A DNA stretch of 63,661 nucleotides, filler included, from Dimorphilus gyrociliatus (taxonomy: Eukaryota > Animalia > Annelida), in the NCBI GenBank assembly GCA_904063045.1. It is 3 parts of 3 records of this genome, joined end to end, with 100 filler letters (N's around TTAATTAATTAA, not from the genome) between each part and the next. Parts side by side here need not be neighbours in the genome. Positions count along the whole stretch, not along the records: positions 50,352 to 63,661 come from CAJFCJ010000152.1; 2 more parts are not named here. One strand, 5' to 3'. Shown here one piece after another: positions 50,609-60,642 of the stretch; within the stretch, counting starts at the first letter, position 1; each line of letters begins with the position of its first letter. A program made the translations under genes and the position numbers. The notes beneath the pieces are model-generated. The model had not been told where the DNA came from, did no database searches, and saw only the letters and a list, made by a program, of their open reading frames with translations.

Positions 50609-51925
50609 TTAGTTCATTTTCCAGTTTAATGCCAAAGCCATGGCAGCTGCAGTTGAATTTGAAATATCATCCGTAAAAATGATATTAGGAAATCCCATTG
50701 TCGGCACTTGATCATACAAACGATTTGGGAGATTTTCATTTGCTTCTCTTGCTAATTTTAGAATGCTCGATGCCACGCCCAATGCACAGGTTGTAGCTTC
50801 AATTGCGTCCTGAGTTAGAGTCCAAGAAAGTAAAAAGTACTTTGACTTTTCCACTTTCATATATTGCAGTTGTTTACTAACCATAATGTTCAGTTTGTTT
50901 GTATCTGCATAGTGATTGTAAACCTGAAAGTTGTGATAATAGAAAAATCCTTTTCCTTCGTTTGTACCTAAATCGACTTCATCTTGGAGTATGATCACTA
51001 CTGCGGCGTCTTCCTCAATGAAATCTTTAAGGCGATAATCGGTAAGGTTCACCTGCGGATTGTGACTGACTACAAAAAGTTTCTTAATTTCTTTCAAGAT
51101 AGAAAACAACTTGTCCCATTCGTCTTGATGGAAAGGTCTATAGGAAGAGTTGCCAACATCCGTATTTAGCGAATGAGATAAATTCAAAATGATCAATTCG
51201 TGACTATGCTCAGTGAACGCATTAATCTGAGAAATTATGGAGGAGATAGAATCTCCGTTGGCTCCTTGCCAAGAGGAAATATCATCGATTTTCGTATAAT
51301 GTCCAGTATAGTAGTGACCATCACTAATTACTGGTCTAATATCCAAATAACGAGCACCATAGTTTAATTGCTCTCCTATGTTGGCCGTTTGACAGATAAC
51401 GTTGCAGTTGTCAGCAAACATTGTTCCAGAATTTTTAATGTACATGCCCGAATCGTGAGAACCAGTGATGCAAATATCTTTAATAGCTTTGTTTCCTAAT
51501 AAGGCAATGTTATCTTGCATCCATTGTTCAGCGCAAAAATTGGTTGATGTATAGTTGCCCTTCTTACCTGCCAGTATAAAATTTACAAATCCATTTTGAT
51601 TCCACCCTAATGAAAAAACAGAACCAACTGGATTTCCGGGCGTTTCGATGCTTAAAAATTTGATTTTTAAATCAAAGCTTTCTTCACATCTAGCCTGAAT
51701 TTGAAAAGATTCTGCAGTTCTATCAAGGACGTAATTAACTTCTCCTGCATCATCTATCTCATGCTTAAATACGTCCTGATTCCATTCTATATAAATGTTG
51801 ACGCTACTGTTTGATAAAATTTTCTCAGGAAATTTCCAATGGTTCATTTGATAAGAATGCTGATAGGTTTTCTTCCAATCGTATGAAGTACCATTTATCA
51901 GCGTAATTTTACCGCCTTGTCCCAT
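50609..51925 (-). CDS. PI-PLC X-domain / PLC-like phosphodiesterase (intronless, microbial-type)
   Basis: 438-aa ORF from MGQGGKITLINGT. Catalytic-type motifs ITGSHDSG, QLNYGARYLDIRP, YTGHY, ELIILNLSH, LSWTLTQ, PNIIFTD. Confidence 0.85.
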   Translation of the reverse strand: MGQGGKITLINGTSYDWKKTYQHSYQMNHWKFPEKILSNSSVNIYIEWNQDVFKHEIDDAGEVNYVLDRTAESFQIQARCEESFDLKIKFLSIETPGNPVGSVFSLGWNQNGFVNFILAGKKGNYTSTNFCAEQWMQDNIALLGNKAIKDICITGSHDSGMYIKNSGTMFADNCNVICQTANIGEQLNYGARYLDIRPVISDGHYYTGHYTKIDDISSWQGANGDSISSIISQINAFTEHSHELIILNLSHSLNTDVGNSSYRPFHQDEWDKLFSILKEIKKLFVVSHNPQVNLTDYRLKDFIEEDAAVVIILQDEVDLGTNEGKGFFYYHNFQVYNHYADTNKLNIMVSKQLQYMKVEKSKYFLLSWTLTQDAIEATTCALGVASSILKLAREANENLPNRLYDQVPTMGFPNIIFTDDISNSTAAAMALALNWKMN

Positions 51926-52414
51926 ATTTCTGTTCGATTTATAGGTCAAGAGCTAAAAAAAGAGTATTCTCCTTATAAACCAACCTTAGTAGACTGGTTG
52001 TTAGGTTAAATGACAACAATTCAATACGTTAACCTGAAAGAAACAAATCTTTGGTTTCCTGTTTTGGTGAATATTTTCGTACTTTGGTATACGAAAACTA
52101 TTCGTAAACAAATACAATTGTTCAATTTTTATCATATAGAACCTTAAGCATATAACTTTTATAAGAAGTCACAACAATTGCATAAATTTCCATTGTTCCA
52201 GCGTGTGTGCGCAACAGAACTAAGCAATTGAATTTGTGCTTAAAAATATTCAAAAAGCAACAAAATTCAATTTTTCTAACCATCGAATTGGCATATCCAC
52301 GAAGAACTTGTTGAATATTTGTATTTGAATTGCCATTTGAAATATTCTTCAGCTGAAGTATATGTTTCATATATCTTTTTTATAATGGTATATTTTTTAC
52401 AACAAAACATAGTA

Positions 52415-52488
52415 GCTTCCATAGCTCAGTTGGTTAGAGCGTCGTGCTAATAACGCGAATGTCCTGGGTTCGACCCCCAGTGGGAGCA
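52415..52488 (+). tRNA. tRNA-Ile (anticodon AAT)
   Basis: Cloverleaf GCTTCCA/TGGGAGC, D arm GCTC/GAGC, anticodon arm TCGTG-CTAATAA-CGCGA, T arm CTGGG-TTCGACC-CCCAG; T-run terminator a few bases downstream. Confidence 0.95.
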
Positions 52489-53048
52489 ATATCTTTTTTA
52501 CTTTTTTTTTCTAGTTTTCTTTTTTTTCAACTAAGAAACTCGTGATATAGGCCTATCACTCTTTACTTACCCTTTTTAATTGACTTTACTAAATAATACG
52601 TGAACATCACATTTATAAATTTAGTTGCATGAAAGAAAACTAGTTGAACATAGAAATTAATATAAAACTAGAAGTGTATTTGATAATAAATTACTGAGCC
52701 ATTGTAATTTTTTCTTGTTTTGAATAGTCAACAATAAAATGATAGAAATATGAAATACTGAAGAATACTTAATAGTAAGAAAAGATATGAAAGTTAGCAA
52801 TCTGAATGTTGCACGTAACTATGACAAAGAGTACTATTGCGTAACGAAATCTCTAATTATCATTCCGTTTCTTTTTAACATGGATGTATCCGAGAAAGCA
52901 GCCTGTCTTTATTATTGCAATCTATTAATGCAGAGTAACGGTGTTAACGACTGCAAAATTATGAAAACGATGAAACACGTAATATTCTCACACCTGTATC
53001 AACATTGAAATTTTTAATTCCTTTTTTTTTCTTCTTATTCCTTCTACA

Positions 53049-55070
53049 GACGAGAATATTGTTTAATGGTTGTTCAATAAGACAACCTCCATCCGTTGCA
53101 GATAATTGTTATTACGAAATCTATGATACTGACCAGGAGAGCATGTTTACCAAATCTATTAAATGGTACTACTATATTCAGTGTCTTAGACACTAAGATT
53201 GTTTTTCCGTAGAAAATTAAAATTTTTTCGTTTGCTATCCTAAACAAAAAAACACAAAAGTAAGCAATGTCTATGACTTTAAAGATGTAATATTTGTCTT
53301 AAAAGTCGACAAGGAAGATAAAGTTTGGGATTTTGGAAGAGTGTTTGTCAAAGTAAAGAATGAACATTTCCTCAGAGTTTTAGAATATAGGAAAGCATCT
53401 ATAAAGTTATTAAAAAAGCTTTGTGCATTTATGGGATACGATGACATTCATCTTTATCATGTATCTTCTAAATTACAAACTTCAAACAACCTAACTGCAA
53501 TTATTCAAATCGAATATTTCAATATTATGTATTGTATTATTATTCATCTCTCTGTTATCTTTAGATACGTTCGAAGTGTTGTTTCCTTCCGGCAGGCATT
53601 TTTAAAATGTTTTAAAAAGAAAGCATTCTGTTAGATAAGATAATTCTGTTGCAGTTGTTGCAGCACAATCACAAATACCATTTACCTTTTTTAAGACTAT
53701 TTTTCATATTTTAACAATGATATCAATAGAATTAAAGTTAGAGAAAATGAGAAAAATTACAATGTCTTTTTCACAAAAATAACAAAAATATTTTGCGATT
53801 TATCTCAATTTTTTCTAGTAGAAAACCCTAGAATTTCCAAAAATGAATATATCATTGTAGATGATAGAAATAGAACTAGAAAATCAACAGATTTCGCAAA
53901 AAAGCATAAATATTTTGAATTGAAATGTCTTTTTATTGATATGAAAGGTTTTTCTATAAAATTTTCAAAAGAATTGAACATAAACAAAGTGTTTAATTTT
54001 ATTGTTTGTATTGAAATTTATTAATTCAACAACAAGAAATTTTAGCCGCCATTTTTGTGTGTATAGCTTCCATATTTTAGAAAATGTCGAGACCTTTATG
54101 ACTCACCTCCATGGTGTAACAGGATAAACAGAGACCATGATGCAAATGGCTTGTTTTTATCATCTCCACTTTGCATCAAAGTCCCCAATGATAAGTGAAA
54201 CATTTTCTCCCGGCTAACTATTTATTTAAATTCATTAACCTAACAAATATACTTTTAATTAGCCTATAGACTATTGAATAGTTTTTTAATCACTTATATA
54301 AATGAAGCATCACTTGCGGAAATGATTTCCGATCAATTAGAAGGCGTTTTACAAGTATATATAAACTCAGTCTGGAATAACTTTCTGTATTTCAATTATG
54401 AGATCACAAAGAAAATTTGCTCATTTTTTCACTTCAACTACGGAACTTTATTTTGTTTTGACAATTCTGAAAAGGACAAACATCACAACTTTAAATTGTT
54501 TAAATAACGCAACTTCTCTTCAAGTTTGTTTTGTAATATATAGGTTAATCATATATTGATAATTTCAATACAATTCTGATAAATTGCGTATTTTTTCAAG
54601 CAATTTATTGAAAATTGGCGCTTTGTTCGGAATTGAATGTTCAAATAGGCCAAGTGAAGAGTGTTCTGGTCAAAATGTTATTACCATCTACGATACTTGC
54701 TATATGTATTTTGAAACGGAAATGATTAAAACTTTGGCGGAAAAGAGGAAGTTTTGCCATAGAACAATTTCACTTGGGCCGATTATCCTACCTCAAATAA
54801 GAAATTTACCATAAAATTTTTACAGGTTTACTTGAAAATTGCGCTCAATTCAGATGCAAAATCTATTGCGGAAATTGGAAATATCTGTAAAAATATTTTA
54901 AAATAGTTTTTCAATTGTCAAATATTATCTATTGCAGATGTTCAATATGAAAGAACAAAGTCGAAGAGAATAATGATGACAACATCTAGTAAATTTCAAT
55001 TAAACTTACTAATATTACAGGTGGAAGTAGACATCTATTGATCTATGATGAATTGAAAATATGTGCATAA
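53049..55070 (+). pseudogene. N-terminal fragment of a GRL101-like paralog (degenerate SRCR, SRCR, CTL-like exons)
   Basis: GRVFVKV...LCAFMGYDDIH; EGVLQVYINSVW...ICSFFHFNYG; CSGQNVITIYDTCYMYF. No LDLa, LRR or 7TM follows. Boundaries approximate. Confidence 0.55.
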
Positions 55071-55090
55071 ATTTCATCCTATTCTCATCC

Positions 55091-56943
55091 GAATATGACA
55101 GACAACGGCCCCAACAGAAAACGGCCACAAATGGACAGAAAACGGCCCCAACTGAGACAGAAAACGGCCACAGGATTCTTCAACCTAAAATATATAAAAC
55201 AAGAAATGAATTAAATTTTGAAAGTGTGTTTATTTGAACAGTTGGATATGTTATGAGACTACAACTTAAAAGAACATGCAATTTAACAACAATTGATTTA
55301 TTTATTGAGCTTCTAAATAAAGTTCAGAACACTTTATTAGAACTTCTGATGAAGTAATCTCATGCTTTTCAAATCTTTCCCAAATTGAAAATATTTTATT
55401 TTGCAGGTTCTTATAAAGCTTTCTTTGGTATCTTAATATCTTCTTTTCTGATAACATTCTTTGATATGCTGGTATAAGATTTGCTTCCCTTTTCAATTCA
55501 TCTATCACAGAATAAAATGAAACATTTACTCCAACATTTCCATTTAACCTATTGTGAAAAACAGTGAAATGAATATTAAATGCATTTCAGAGAAAATTTC
55601 AAGTTGAACTACCTTGAATAACAGATTATATGCTTTTTTCTTTTTTGATGACATGAATGCATATAGAAGAGGAACCTGTTTTAATTCACCTTCTTTCATT
55701 ATTTTCAAGGACATCTTTCTTTAAGAAATCATCAGGAATGAAGTAATTATTAATAAGAAAATTTCTTCCAATAGGTTCATTGGGGTGATTTTTTTCTTCT
55801 ATGGTAATTTATCATTTCTTTGCAATTTTCAACTTTTACAATATTTCCCATATTTGCAAAAGGAAACAGAACAATTTCAGCTATTCGTTTTCCACTAACA
55901 TTGGTCTGTCTTTCCTTTTTGTTTTGCTGTCACTTTCATTTCAATAATTTGTTCTAAATTTTTTTGGGGGGGTGAATATGATGTTTAGACCCCAAAGAGA
56001 AGTTATTATTTCTTTGAATGACACTGGCAGGACATTTCATTTTCTTGCTTCTAACTCCACATCTTCAAATTATGGAAGTCTTGTCTTTTCTGTTGACAAC
56101 AAATGAGTGACCATTAGATACAAGTAATTCTTTGCCTTTTTGACTTCCTGTAGGGAATATTCTGAATTTACCATTGCTGTCATAGTTCATCTCTGGTATA
56201 CTTTCAAAGGAATCCTCCATATTTATATCATTCTCATTCAAACGTAATGTATTTCCATGCAGAGGGCTGCTTTCACTAATATTATCAACAAGTCTGTACT
56301 CTGCATCACAATTCAGTGTTTCAATCAGGGTAACCACTTCTTCATGATCAACATCCATTATTATACTTTGCACATCTATCTCTTCTCTTGTATGATTTAG
56401 ATCTATATTTTCAGCATTGAGACTTTATTGGTAGCTTTATCTTGTAAAATTTCATCACATTTGCTCAGAATAATTCTGATTCTCTTTTTATCAACACTTC
56501 AACATATAGAACATAATCCATCTAGAAAAGAAAGAGCTTAGTTTACATTAAAATCAATTTTGAGCTTACCTGATAAACAAGCCCAATGGACTTTATGATG
56601 ACAAAGTGAACAAACACCTTGCTTTAGCTTATTAATCTGTTTCTTACATCCAAAACAATATGGTAGCATTGTGGCAAAAATCTCCTTTGAGCTGCTTTAA
56701 CCTATTGGCAGGAATTTAAAAATAGTGCAAAATATTCAACCTCTTAGGAAAAACTGGTGGACAATTTAATAATTTTTCATCCAATATTTACTAACTACTA
56801 GAAAAAAATTTTAAATTAACTTATTCTATTCAATTTATGAGTATTGTATATTTCAAAATTTTGTGGCCATTTTCTGTCTCAGTTGGGGCCGTTTTCTGTT
56901 GATTTGTGGCCATTTTCTGTTGGGTCCGTTTTCTGTTGATCCC
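55091..56943 (-). mobile_element. MULE deletion derivative with tandem-repeat TIRs, encoding PHD and FLYWCH remnants
   Basis: ~82-bp TIRs (55091-55172, 56862-56943), each four copies of ACAGAAAA(C/T)GGCC. Flanks ttctcatcc/atttcatcc. PHD CFGC..CSLC..H..C|CSIC split by a 48-bp GT-AG intron (56569-56522). SQKGKELL...RCGVRSKKMKCP; VPLLYAFM; C-terminus in ORF 55302-55508. Confidence 0.85.
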
Positions 56944-57082
56944 ATTTCATCCGATAGTCTCTCAAACGTGAATACTGGTACAAAAATTGTTTTGGATAAT
57001 AACACTTTATGTTTCTCTATAAAACCTTCAGGTTTAAATGTATAAATATTTCATTCAATTCTTCATAGTTCCTGTCAAAGAT

Positions 57083-58540
57083 TTATTTCTTTGTTATGTA
57101 ATATTTCATATTTGAAAAGGTTCTATAGAGGATATTCATCTGATAGACTCTTCCTTCTCCAAATTCAATATATCTACCATTGATTGTAATCCAATAATCT
57201 TTCCAACTATTGCAAACCAAGAGATAATCTCCGCCATTTTTCTCACTTTTTATCTCAATCAATACGCCACTGTTATTGAAAATGATTTTTCTATTGTTCA
57301 TAATTATCTGAATGTTTGTTTGTCCAGTTTCATTTAATAGGCCAATAATGAAAAAATGGCAATTGCTATCTCCGCTGCTAAGGATTTTAACGCCAAAGCT
57401 GATGGATACTGTGCTATTTTGAAGAAAAGGAGGAAGATGATAGACGAGTTTTTCAGTTGTTTCTATATCAAAATATTTCTCAGGATTATCTGCAAAAGGG
57501 ACAACGGATATTAAGCATGAATATCTTTCTTTCTATTTCTTTACCCAGCATGTAGACTTGAAGGTAAGCAAGTCCGAGATTTTGTCCCAGTGGATCATGC
57601 AGTTTTGAAATCTATGTTTTCAGGCCTGTTTCCATTGAATCTTCTGAATAATTAAAACACTTTCTAAGCCTTGAATTTGAAAATTCAAGAGTTTCTAGAA
57701 AGCTTGAACTCCATTCAACTTTCATTTCTGAAATTTTTGTATTGCCTCCGTACTCTCTGAAAACGTAAATAAGAAAAAAAGGGTTTGTAGGATATGATTG
57801 AACTGGATTCAAGTTTCTATTTACCTTCCTGCTGCACAAAGTTCTGGTTTAATTTCACGAGAAAAATTCAAATGATAAACGATGTTTAAACATTCAGTGC
57901 AAATATATATCCAATCACCTAATAGACCAAAATCTGAATCATAGTTTAGAGCTGCTTCGCATGTCCATTCATATGTGTGTGGGGCGGAGCAAGTAGAAAC
58001 AGCCGCAATATTTGTATAATGTTTTTCCTCCTCGATATCATCATTGTTTTCTAAGAGAATCATCAACAAATAATCAGAGAATTCTATAGTAAAATAGATG
58101 CAAACCGTAAGCGTAGGCCATAACGCTACCTATTCCTCGCTCTCGGTATCCGTACCCTTCATCTACAATCATTTTAAGCCATAGAGTTTCCTTACCAATT
58201 TCTCCTGGTAGGAGGAAACAATTTTGGTACTCTTAATGGTTGAGTTCATGAATAGAATGTTCACTATTGCTGTAATCAATCCTTACTTTTTTCGTTAAGA
58301 ATGCTCCTTTTTCAATCGATGTTCAAAACAAATTTCGGCAATATCGTATTTCTGCTTAAAATTTATTTGCATATATTCTAATGAACAAGCGTGTTCATTT
58401 GAGCAATTTGATGCCCAATCTCGATTATTGATCCACTGAGGTTCTAAAGCATTCTCCCAAACGTAATTATAATCTCTAGCATTTCCTTTGTACTAGATGA
58501 TAAACACGTGGCACCATTTTCTATTCGACAGACGTTGATC
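57083..58540 (-). pseudogene. Discoidin/F5-8C-like x2 plus farnesoate-O-methyltransferase-like domain gene, disrupted
   Basis: CLSSS...DWASNC...EYMQINF...KVRIDYS with stops; CEAALNYD...DWIYIC; WKDYWITINGRYIEFGEG. Domain names are by resemblance only. Confidence 0.45.
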
Positions 58541-59373
58541 AACTTTCCACGGTAGATCGGGAGACATAATTTTTGCTTAAAAAAATGATTGCATTCCTGA
58601 TTATTCGCTAAAGTTTCCATCATGAGAGAAAGTTAGAGTTTTTTAATCATTAGTCAGAATATATTATAATTTTAATTTACTTTTATAACTTCAATTCTTT
58701 TACAATCCCTTTCAAATGAAAGACTTTCCTTGTAGTTATTGGAAGAAAGGATCTTTCCTTGTTTTCCTCTTTTTTCTCTAATATCTATCGCAGAGGGAAA
58801 AACCTTTAACAGACTCTTCATTTTAGTGATAAAAATCGTTAAGTGCCAAATCTTTAACAATTATAGCAAAAAAGTGAACCTACAATAATGAACAATTATG
58901 TCACCGAATGCCATATAAAGTGAACGTATCCTTCAATTTATAGTATCAAATGCCATATCTGCATTAGATAAATTCTTTTCCCTTTTTGAATATATCTATT
59001 CGCTTCATATTTGTTTGTTAAAATTTTTTACATTAATTTACTAGATATTTTACTAAAAAACGATTTAGAAGAACATTCCATAAAGTTGGGAAAATATTTT
59101 GTAAATGATGTAAAATAGACTTAGAAAGAATTAATTTTCATTTATAAAATAGTCAAGTAAACAGCAAGTGTTTTTCGGTGTTTAAAAAATTAAGTATTTT
59201 TATTTCAAAATCCTAAATAAACTAACTAATTTTTGGTTCAGATTCAATTATCTACTCAAGTTCTCTAGGAAACTAAAATTCGCTGTTTGTTACTGAGTTG
59301 TATTTTTATATATAAAAATATCGTAACCCATTCTATAGCAAATATTGTTAAATTGAAATGTGTCATAATAATA

Positions 59374-60386
59374 TAGTGGTCGACAAAAAAACCCGGACAC
59401 AATAAATTTCGATAGGCCGAACGTTATAAATCTTTTTCACCAGGAAAAAAGATTTTTTTTTTATTTTTCAGGTATAAAATAGTAGTTTAAAGTTTGATAT
59501 ATACATGAATTTCTTTTAAATATCATTTAAATAAGTTTTCACATAGGTGTTTTTGTTTTCTTATTATCCATTTTTTGATGATTTTTTTCTTATTTGGCCA
59601 TGAGACATTATTACTCGGACAATGGTTTGGGGATTAATATTTTTATTATTTTTGAATATGACAACCCTCATTTGCAATACATTTGCTAATCCTACCTCCC
59701 ATCCCTGCATATAAATTTGGTAGCAAGTCAGGATTATGACTTATAACCTGGTATGAACATTTTTTTATTTTCTCCCACAGTTCATCCCCAGATTGAAATT
59801 GTGCCCCATCATAAACTAAATTTTTTGTCAGGTGCCACATATTTTCTATAGGGCTCAGGTCAGGGCTCTTTGCTGGCCAATCAATTGGATTGATACCATT
59901 CATTCTAAAGGCCCTTCTAGTTGCTCTTGCTGTGTGGCAGCCTGCGTTGTCTTGTTGGAAGATGTAATTCCTGCCCATTTTGAGTGATATCTCTTCAATG
60001 ACAGGAAGAACATCTTCCACAACAAAACAGCTATAATTTTGGGCAGTCAATTTTTGACTTATCCTCCAAACCTCAAATACCCCATCTGAGGTTATTAATC
60101 CCCAAACCATCACTCCACCTCTTCCCATATTTTTTGTTACTCTAAAATTTTTTTCACCATCTTTTGTCCATATCCTGAAATCATCAGGCCCACTCAGAGA
60201 GAATCTGGCCTCGTCCATGAAAATCACTGTTGACCAGTCCAGATTTTCCACAATTGTTTTGAGGCAGTATTCTTTTCTTCTTGCACAATCCTTAGGTGTG
60301 AGATCAACTCTCTGTCTAATCCTTTTATAATTATAATTTTGCCTCTTCAGCTCTCTCTGAATGGTCTTGAGACTCTTGTAACACAT
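59374..60386 (-). mobile_element. 5'-truncated Tc1 with intact DD34E core ORF (59646-60386)
   Basis: 44-bp TIR at 59374-59417 aligns with the 33829 TIR; TA at 59372-59373. FMDEARF, QQDNAGCH, SPIEN. Homology is lost at ~60375, so no HTH and no 5' TIR. Confidence 0.9.
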
Positions 60387-60408
60387 GAAAACTACTTTTG
60401 AAATAAAA

Positions 60409-60572
60409 GGAGACCGCGCGAACGCTGATCTCCCACTAACAAAAATTGTACAGTCGAGTCATCTCAATGTGAGATGATCGCAGACGTCAACCAATCCTAA
60501 GTGCAATGGAAAGGCCTCAGTCTGAGGAAGCTACCTTATCGATCGTAGCAATTCCTTCTGCCAGGTAAGTAT
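60409..60572 (-). ncRNA. U1: U1 spliceosomal snRNA (variant)
   Basis: 164 nt. Starts ATACTTACCTGGCAG; SL1 GCTAC-GATCGATAAG-GTAGC; SL2 loop ATTGCAC; SL3 TCATCTCA-CAT-TGAGATGA; Sm site AATTTTTG; SL4 with GCG-TTCG-CGC. Confidence 0.95.
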
Positions 60573-60634
60573 GCTCTAAAAGTTCCGCATTATAGTTTTA
60601 TAGTTCAAAATTCAGAAGTTATCACACGTATCTC

Positions 60635-60642
60635 ATTTGCAT
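60635..60642 (-). promoter_or_regulatory. Octamer ATGCAAAT upstream of U1
   Basis: Perfect octamer 63-70 nt upstream of the U1 start. Octamers are typical of animal snRNA promoters but usually more distal. Confidence 0.4.

Noticed and set aside
60505-60555. Hammerhead-like CTGAGGA plus stem on the plus strand
   Set aside because: No GAAA core; the stems are the antisense of U1 stem-loops I and II.
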